Shown: piece by piece, positions 1 through 5,805 of the stretch
Layout: the number at the start of each line of letters is the position of its first letter
How positions within the stretch are numbered: the first letter of the stretch is position 1
From: a virus
Taxonomy: Duplodnaviria > Caudoviricetes
IMG/VR virus record: IMGVR_UViG_3300008011_000123
Location: 1-24,966 of that record
Strand: one strand, 5' to 3'
DNA length: 24,966 nt
Notes under the pieces: model-generated
What the model was told of the DNA's origin: nothing
The model's database searches: none
The model's input: only the letters and a program-made list of their open reading frames with translations
Position numbers and translations under genes: made by a program

Positions 1-543
1 GACGATGACGATGACGACGACGGCTTCAACGTGTTCGATGACGACGACAAAATGCCAGCGCCAAGTGCGGCAGCCCGGCACACAGCGGAACCGTCGATCT
101 ACACGCCGAACCAGCTTTTGCCGCCGGAATTGTCGGACTTGGACCTTGGCGCGTATGACATTATCCAAGTCGAGGCGCGCGGCGGTGTCGAGCGGTTTTT
201 GGGGCTGTATTTGCCGAATACGCGCGATGCGTTTACTGCGACCGGCGTCGGCGTTTACGAGTGCATTTTGCGGTTCCCGTTCAAACGCGCGGTGAACGAC
301 GAGGACGTGAAGCAATACATGTCCCGCTGTCGGTCGATGCTGTCACGCCTGCGGCAAGCGTCACCGGATGCGGCGTTTTTCTTCATGGTTCTGGTGCAGT
401 ATGAGATATTGCCAGACAGGAAACACGTCGCAATGAGCGTCGCGCGGATGGCGCAGAAGAATTACTCGGTGTGGGCGAGTGAGCAAAAGCAAGTGCGCGA
501 CAAAATGCGCAATACAATCGAGGGGTTGAAAGGACTGCTATGA
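1..543 (+). CDS. Hypothetical phage protein, 5'-truncated, acidic N-terminal region
   Basis: Frame is open from base 1 (DDDDDDDGFNVFDDDDKMP...), so the GTG at 31 is probably internal; stop overlaps next start (ATGA 540-543). Confidence 0.8.
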   Translation, partial: DDDDDDDGFNVFDDDDKMPAPSAAARHTAEPSIYTPNQLLPPELSDLDLGAYDIIQVEARGGVERFLGLYLPNTRDAFTATGVGVYECILRFPFKRAVNDEDVKQYMSRCRSMLSRLRQASPDAAFFFMVLVQYEILPDRKHVAMSVARMAQKNYSVWASEQKQVRDKMRNTIEGLKGLL

Positions 544-1625
544 CCAGCATTTTCGATAAGATCAAGGCCGCGAAGGCTGGAACCGCGGGTGCGCCTGTGC
601 CGCCGGCCCGGCAAGTCACGCCCATTTTGTCACGCGTAACAGCGCAAGCAAAACTGCCGCCGAATGTCCGCGTTGAACCCGCGCCCGAGCCGGAGATTGA
701 TTTTGACTCGATGCAGGGCATGGAAAGCGGGGAATATGACGAGGATGATGATGATGATGATGATGGCGCGGATGATGCGTATCTGATTGGCGATGGCGAG
801 CCGGAAGAAACCACCGTGCCAGCGGCCGTGCCAGTAGCGCCCCCGCCCGCGCGTCTGCGGTTGAGTGCTGGCCAGCGCACTAAGGAGCCAGCGCACTTGT
901 CTGCCCCATCTGCCCCGTCAGACGCGCCAGCGCCCACACGTGCCGAGCCAGCGCCCCGTGCGCCCCGTGCGCCAGTCATTGACCCGTCGTCCCCGCTTGG
1001 CCGATTGCGCGCGGCTTCAATTCCGGGCCATGCGCAGACCGCAAAAGACGCTGCGGAAGTTACAAAATCGACCAGTCTCGGCATGACGTTGCCGAAATCC
1101 GGCCAGAGTGCGGCCATGTCGGGGCTTTCGGCCAATGCGCGCGAGTTCATCGAGGACGCAAAAGTTGAGAAGATTTACAGCGTCGAGCAGTATCTGGCCG
1201 ACTGGCGCGAGTTGGATGATTTGCCGGATGATGCGGACCACGTGGACTTGGAGAAATTCAACAACGAGCGCGCCGAAATCATCCGCAAAGCCTGCGCCCG
1301 CATCCAGCAGATTTTCGATGCGGAATTGAAGGGGCTGTCGGTGGCTGCGGCTGGCGATTTTTCGTTGACAGAGATCAGCAATATCGTGAAGCTGACTTTC
1401 CTGCGCGTGAAAGAAACGCCGGGCGCGTATGCCGTTCTGGACCTCGCCGACCGTGCGCAGTTGATCAAAGGTATGCGTGCGATGGCTGCCAAGCGTAACA
1501 GCAGCGTGAAAAACGTGCGGCCGAAAGAGGCGGAGAAGCTGTCGCAAGCACTCGACGCAATGGGGATTGGCGCGGAAGATGATGCCGATTTTGGCGGGTT
1601 CGATTTGACGGGGTTTGGGCTATGA
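540..1625 (+). CDS. Hypothetical protein (361 aa): acidic and Pro/Ala-rich disordered N-half, helical C-half, acidic-aromatic tail
   Basis: SD-like AAGGA upstream; ATGA overlaps at both ends; poly-Asp run and APS/APR repeats; ends EDDADFGGFDLTGFGL. Confidence 0.85.
   Translation: MTSIFDKIKAAKAGTAGAPVPPARQVTPILSRVTAQAKLPPNVRVEPAPEPEIDFDSMQGMESGEYDEDDDDDDDGADDAYLIGDGEPEETTVPAAVPVAPPPARLRLSAGQRTKEPAHLSAPSAPSDAPAPTRAEPAPRAPRAPVIDPSSPLGRLRAASIPGHAQTAKDAAEVTKSTSLGMTLPKSGQSAAMSGLSANAREFIEDAKVEKIYSVEQYLADWRELDDLPDDADHVDLEKFNNERAEIIRKACARIQQIFDAELKGLSVAAAGDFSLTEISNIVKLTFLRVKETPGAYAVLDLADRAQLIKGMRAMAAKRNSSVKNVRPKEAEKLSQALDAMGIGAEDDADFGGFDLTGFGL
744..764 (+). repeat. (GAT)7 in-frame microsatellite encoding poly-Asp
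   Basis: Seven perfect GAT copies read directly from the sequence. Confidence 0.9.
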
Positions 1626-1951
1626 GCGGCGGGAGAAAACCGAGGAAGTGCACAATCAACGGCGTGGAATATCCGTCCATGAATGCTGCCGCGCGCGAGT
1701 TGGGCGTGTATGCGAACAGCATCAGGCAGTCTGTGGAAAAGGGCTATACCATCGGCGGCAACGTGGCCAAGCGTCAACCGTGCCGTCTCGAAGGCGAATG
1801 GTTTCCCACGATAGCCGCTGCGGAAATTTGGAGTGGCGCAAAGAGAACTGCTTTGTATCACGTGGCCTACCAGTTGCGGAAAAATGGCCAGCGCGCGCGG
1901 CAAACACGTTACGGCTTCCTCGAATTGCTGGAGCGCAAGGATGAAAAGTAA
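1622..1951 (+). CDS. Small DNA-binding protein with two NUMOD1-like HTH repeats (109 aa)
   Basis: CTINGVEYPSMNAAARELGV and CRLEGEWFPTIAAAEIWSG resemble the NUMOD1 pattern (I.G..(Y/F).S...AA..LG); ATGA overlap with upstream gene. Confidence 0.7.
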   Translation: MSGGRKPRKCTINGVEYPSMNAAARELGVYANSIRQSVEKGYTIGGNVAKRQPCRLEGEWFPTIAAAEIWSGAKRTALYHVAYQLRKNGQRARQTRYGFLELLERKDEK

Positions 1952-2141
1952 TCTAATTGATATCGAGTGCAGATTGCTGGTCATCACGGACAAGGCTATC
2001 TGTGTGACGATGGATGATGACGTGGAAAGCCCGGAAAAAATCTGGCTGCCGAAAAGCCAAATCGAGTTTGAAAACAGCGGCATCATGCTGGTCGAAGTTA
2101 CGTTGCCAGAGTGGCTGGCTATCGAGAAAGGAATGGTGTGA
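1941..2141 (+). CDS. Small conserved-type phage hypothetical protein (66 aa, MKSNLIDIEC...)
   Basis: ATG 1941 preceded by GGAG; motifs TDKAI, WLPKSQ and TLPEWLAIEKG are typical of a widespread small phage protein. Start re-called from the ORF track's 1833. Confidence 0.8.
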   Translation: MKSNLIDIECRLLVITDKAICVTMDDDVESPEKIWLPKSQIEFENSGIMLVEVTLPEWLAIEKGMV

Positions 2142-2142
2142 C

Positions 2143-3078
2143 ATGGAAATCTGTCAACGCACCGGCAAGCCAATCGTCGAGTTGTCACACTCGGGTTTGG
2201 CCAGCTTCAACAGTTGCCCCAAGCGTTTCGCGTTTCGCAAGATGGTGGTGAATTTCCAGAACGACCGAGGGTCCAGCGACGCGGCCAGTGTTGGCACCGC
2301 CATGCACGAGGGCATTCAGGAATACATGCGCACCCGCAACTTGGCGGCGGCGTTGGAAGCTGTCGCGCTGCACCACCCGATTGACCTTGCGAGCAACACG
2401 AACGCGTCGCAATACGGGCTGGAAGCCTGCGTGTGGACGCTGGAGCACGTGATCCACAATTCGGAATTACCGGCTTACGGGCTGGTGAATTTCATCCGCG
2501 ACGGCAAGGAAGTCCCGGCAACCGAAATCGCGTTCATGGTCGAGATTGAATTTCCGACGCTGATGTTTCACCTGCGCGGGTTTGTTGACCTTATCGTGCA
2601 GAACCCGCAGACGGGGCTTTTCCTGCCGCTCGACATCAAGACAACGACCGAGCGCGGCGCCATGAACATGGAGCACAAATACAAGTGGGACTGGCAAGTT
2701 ACGTCATACGGCATCCCGCTGAACATCTTGCTGCAAAACAGCGGCGACTTCGAGACGGGCATTTTCGGCGTCATTATGTCAGACCGTGAACCGCGCGTTA
2801 TCTTCTCGCGGCACATGCGCTCGCAGCACGACATCGACGCCTACAATTATTATCTGCTTGACAACTGCCGCCGGATCGAACAGTATTATCGAGACAATGT
2901 GTTTCCCCGCGGGCCAAATGCTTGCGTCAGTTACGGCCGCGTTTGTGACTATCACGCGCAATGTGCCGTCGAAGGTCTCGAAGCGATGCAGATGTTGGTG
3001 AACCCGAGCCGCAAGCCGGGATACGTCGGCCGCGAAGTTGACCCGATGTTTACGATCAGAATGGAAGGGACAAGCTGA
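2143..3078 (+). CDS. PD-(D/E)XK exonuclease, Cas4/AddB-like with probable Fe-S cluster (311 aa)
   Basis: LSHSGL..F.SCPKRF, GTAMHEG, GFVDL, DIKTT, QVTSY and C-terminal CVSYGRVCDYHAQC (1+3 Cys arrangement). Start re-called to ATG 2143, after AAGGAATGGTG and just past the upstream stop. Confidence 0.9.
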   Translation: MEICQRTGKPIVELSHSGLASFNSCPKRFAFRKMVVNFQNDRGSSDAASVGTAMHEGIQEYMRTRNLAAALEAVALHHPIDLASNTNASQYGLEACVWTLEHVIHNSELPAYGLVNFIRDGKEVPATEIAFMVEIEFPTLMFHLRGFVDLIVQNPQTGLFLPLDIKTTTERGAMNMEHKYKWDWQVTSYGIPLNILLQNSGDFETGIFGVIMSDREPRVIFSRHMRSQHDIDAYNYYLLDNCRRIEQYYRDNVFPRGPNACVSYGRVCDYHAQCAVEGLEAMQMLVNPSRKPGYVGREVDPMFTIRMEGTS

Positions 3079-3548
3079 TGATGCCGTCAAGCGAATACGC
3101 CACCATCGAGTTGCCGTTCGGGCCGAACAGAAGCATCTACTTTCGCGGCAGGATGGTCGAACGGCGCGACCCGCAAATGGGCATCACGTTTTTCTGCTAC
3201 CGTTTCGACCGGCGGCTGACCGAGGTGCCGTTGCTGGTGCCAAACAAGATGCGCCATTTCGGCCCGGCGTTCAACGGCTGCGTGGTGGCCAGCTGCGTAA
3301 TTCTTGACCAGTCGTTCAAGCAGCACCTGCGATACGACGACGCGCAGGACATTGTTGTCGCGCCAAAGCAAATCGCGCAACGGCTCGCGATGAATTACGG
3401 CGTCGATGTCAACGACATGATGCAGCAATACCCGCACGTCCGCCCGTTTCTCGCAGTCGAAGGCGTCGATGTGCCGCTCGACATTCAGACCGCAATCAGA
3501 AATCTGTCGATCAAAGGTGAGGCGGCAGTTCATAAGGAAGGACTATAG
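3078..3548 (+). CDS. Hypothetical phage protein (156 aa)
   Basis: TGATG overlap with nuclease gene; AAGGGA upstream; fills the gap to the next gene. Confidence 0.8.
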   Translation: MMPSSEYATIELPFGPNRSIYFRGRMVERRDPQMGITFFCYRFDRRLTEVPLLVPNKMRHFGPAFNGCVVASCVILDQSFKQHLRYDDAQDIVVAPKQIAQRLAMNYGVDVNDMMQQYPHVRPFLAVEGVDVPLDIQTAIRNLSIKGEAAVHKEGL

Positions 3549-3549
3549 C

Positions 3550-4551
3550 ATGGCAAGAATGGACGAAAGCAAGGACGCGGGCAACCTCATTCGCGCGCTG
3601 ATTTATGGCCCGCCGAAAAGCCGCAAGACGTGGTGGGCGTTGCGCATGGCCGAATTGGGGTTCAACGTGATCCTCGCGGACCTCGACGACGGCGCGGGCA
3701 TTGCGCAAGTCCTCGACCCGTCGGCGCTCAAGCGCATTTTCCGCATCGACATGCGGCCGAACGTGGACAGTTACGGAACGTCAGGTGCCGCGGCGCTCAG
3801 CTACGCGATGGGCGGGCAGGTGGTTTATTTCGACGAAGCCGAGCGGAAATATGTGCCCGTCCAGCGGATCGAACCTGAACGCGATTACGTCCGCATTGAC
3901 TTGGCGAAATCAACTTCGCGCGATGTGCTGGTGATCGACACGTGGACCGCATTTGTCCAGCAACTGACCGCCAACACGGTCATGACGAAATCGCCGATCG
4001 CCATCGAGAAGCTGGAATGGGACGAGTATCAGAAGGTCCGGTTGATTTTGGACCACTTTCTGGTCAACGCGATGAAGCTGAATTGCCACTCCATTTTCGT
4101 TGCGCACAGTGAGACGTATGCGAAAAAACGGCCAGACGCTGACCCGAAAGAGAAACTGCACCTGCAGATCGAAAGCGTCAGGCTCCAGCCGTCCAGCATC
4201 ACCCGCGCACACGCCGAGACCATGGCCGCGAAGTTCAACGAGGTGCTGTATTTCGAGAACCACGGCAGCACTCTCGGCGTCCGCATCAGCACGAAAGGCA
4301 CTGGCGACTTCGATGCCGGCAGCCGGTATTTTGCGCCGGGCGAATACAAGTTTGACGACTTCACCGCGGACAAGATGTTGACGAAAGAAATCGTCGCCGA
4401 GGTCCGGCAGAACGAAGAGTTTTCCAGCGCCGCAATCACCGTTGTCAACGGCGCCGAAATCATCGCGGAGAGGAGCAGCAAAGTTTCTCCCGCGCCCGCA
4501 ATTGACGTCACTGGCAAGCAGCCGATCACTTCCGCGTTCAGGAAGAAGTGA
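3550..4551 (+). CDS. RecA-fold P-loop ATPase, Sak4/AAA_24-like recombination protein (333 aa)
   Basis: LIYGPPKSRKT (variant Walker A), ILADLDDG, VLVIDTWT (Walker B), IFVAHSE, FNEVLY; lies between exonuclease and SSB-like gene. Start re-called to ATG 3550 after AAGGAAGG. Confidence 0.8.
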   Translation: MARMDESKDAGNLIRALIYGPPKSRKTWWALRMAELGFNVILADLDDGAGIAQVLDPSALKRIFRIDMRPNVDSYGTSGAAALSYAMGGQVVYFDEAERKYVPVQRIEPERDYVRIDLAKSTSRDVLVIDTWTAFVQQLTANTVMTKSPIAIEKLEWDEYQKVRLILDHFLVNAMKLNCHSIFVAHSETYAKKRPDADPKEKLHLQIESVRLQPSSITRAHAETMAAKFNEVLYFENHGSTLGVRISTKGTGDFDAGSRYFAPGEYKFDDFTADKMLTKEIVAEVRQNEEFSSAAITVVNGAEIIAERSSKVSPAPAIDVTGKQPITSAFRKK

Positions 4552-4556
4552 CGCAA

Positions 4557-4629
4557 TCCCGAAGCGCACGGCGGGGAATACTGTGCGCAACTCTAACCCA
4601 ACCAACCACAAACACAGCAAGGTTACGAA
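4557..4629 (+). promoter_or_regulatory. Predicted H-type RNA pseudoknot plus unstructured A/C-rich leader; candidate translational operator
   Basis: S1 UCCCG 4557-4561/CGGGG 4572-4576; S2 GCGCACGG 4564-4571/CUGUGCGC 4581-4588; then 28 nt without G (4589-4616), SD AAGG 4619-4622, ATG 4630. Confidence 0.6.
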
Positions 4630-5205
4630 ATGACTGAACATACCGACATCAACGCGCTCGACCTCGAAACGCTGTCCATGGACCAGCTGGACAATCTGTC
4701 CATCGACGACCTGCTCGGCAACAACATCGCCGACTACAAGCTGGGCAGCAATCTGCCCGATGGCACCTACATCGGCTTCATCGAGAAAATCGACGTGACG
4801 AAGAAAGCCGCCGACGCCAGCGGTGAGCGGATCAAGAAAGCCCGCATCGACGTTGCGGTGCAGGTGAAAGTGCTGCGCGTTCTGCAACTGGCCGATCCGA
4901 CCGAAAACGCCGAGGCGCTGGTCAACCGCGTCCACTACCAGCGTTACAACGTGCTGCAAGAATACGGCGTCGCCGGGCTGGTCAAGCTGGTGCTCGGCAT
5001 CCTCGGCATTTCGTTTCGCGACAAGAAAGCGATCGAGGGCCTGAACAGCAGCCTCAAGCAGTTCATCGACCAGCTGGTCAGCGAGAAGGTCGCGTTCGGC
5101 TTCAAGATCGTGAACAAGGAATCCGGCGGCTACGAAAACTGCGACATCAGCCAGCGGGAAAAGGACTTCATCGACGCCGAAAACGCGATGCAATACCTTG
5201 ACTGA
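4630..5205 (+). CDS. Probable single-stranded DNA-binding protein (DUF669-like phage SSB, 191 aa)
   Basis: Acidic N-terminus followed by LPDGTY and beta-strand pattern; position directly after Sak4-like ATPase; strongly C/G-ending codons; TGA TAG double stop. Function is inferred. Confidence 0.6.
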   Translation: MTEHTDINALDLETLSMDQLDNLSIDDLLGNNIADYKLGSNLPDGTYIGFIEKIDVTKKAADASGERIKKARIDVAVQVKVLRVLQLADPTENAEALVNRVHYQRYNVLQEYGVAGLVKLVLGILGISFRDKKAIEGLNSSLKQFIDQLVSEKVAFGFKIVNKESGGYENCDISQREKDFIDAENAMQYLD

Positions 5206-5215
5206 TAGCTGAACC

Positions 5216-5256
5216 GGGCGAGCGGAATGGCATGGCGCTGTTCCGCTCGCTTATTG
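5216..5256 (+). terminator. Stem-loop after SSB gene; weak intrinsic terminator or mRNA processing/stability hairpin
   Basis: GCGAGCGGAA (5218-5227)/TTCCGCTCGC (5241-5250) perfect arms, extended by UGGC/GCUG; followed by TTATT, a poor U-tract. Confidence 0.6.
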
Positions 5257-5278
5257 AGTTATCACACAGGAGCCTCAA

Positions 5279-5593
5279 ATGCCCGGACCAGAAGATGATA
5301 GAAGCCGCCCCGTGCTGCACAACGGCAACCAGCCCGGCACAGTCGTTATCGAGGACGACGAAATTCTCGCGCGGTTTTTGTGCAGGATTTGCGTGGACAC
5401 CGGATCGGAAATTGTAGCCGCGATGTGGGAAGGTGTCATGGCGGAATTCGCCGAAGAGCCCGAAGTTGGCCAGCCGATTATGGTCGGCGACACGATTTTT
5501 CTCGTGGTTGATGTGGACACGGAAAGCCTGCGCATTGGCGCCGACGACATTCCCGTCATTTCCATGAGGCTGCGCGTGAGGCTGGCCGTATGA
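5279..5593 (+). CDS. Hypothetical acidic protein (104 aa)
   Basis: Strong SD AGGAG 6 nt before ATG; ATGA overlap with next gene. Confidence 0.8.
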   Translation: MPGPEDDRSRPVLHNGNQPGTVVIEDDEILARFLCRICVDTGSEIVAAMWEGVMAEFAEEPEVGQPIMVGDTIFLVVDVDTESLRIGADDIPVISMRLRVRLAV

Positions 5594-5805
5594 GCGATGA
5601 CAGCTGGAAGGGCGAGCATTTGATCCGCGGCTTGCGGCTTTCGAAAGAGGACAGCAAAAGCGTGGCGGTCAAGGTTGGCACGGCGCAGTTCAACCGCAAG
5701 CGCGCCAGACAGCGCGAACCGCACCCGGCGCAGGCTGAGAAAGACAAATTCTGCGCGCTGGTTTTCAAGAGCACGAGAGGAAAGAAAAAGCCCGATGGCA
5801 ACTAG
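5590..5805 (+). CDS. Hypothetical basic protein (71 aa)
   Basis: ATGA-coupled start; Lys/Arg-rich; ends overlapping the polymerase start by 11 nt. Confidence 0.6.
   Translation: MSDDSWKGEHLIRGLRLSKEDSKSVAVKVGTAQFNRKRARQREPHPAQAEKDKFCALVFKSTRGKKKPDGN

Noticed and set aside
2014-2142. Extended ORF-track starts (2014, and likewise 1833, 3469, 5675, 24106, 24405)
   Set aside because: They overlap upstream genes extensively; downstream ATGs have SD sequences or stop-start coupling.
2143-3078. Cas4-like nuclease as part of a CRISPR-Cas system
   Set aside because: No repeat-spacer array or other cas gene; stand-alone Cas4-like exonucleases are common in phage recombination modules.
4549-4596. Pseudoknot as a stop-readthrough or frameshift signal fusing the ATPase to the SSB
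   Set aside because: The genes are in frame, but TAA at 4594-4596 blocks readthrough, and no X XXY YYZ slippery site precedes the structure.
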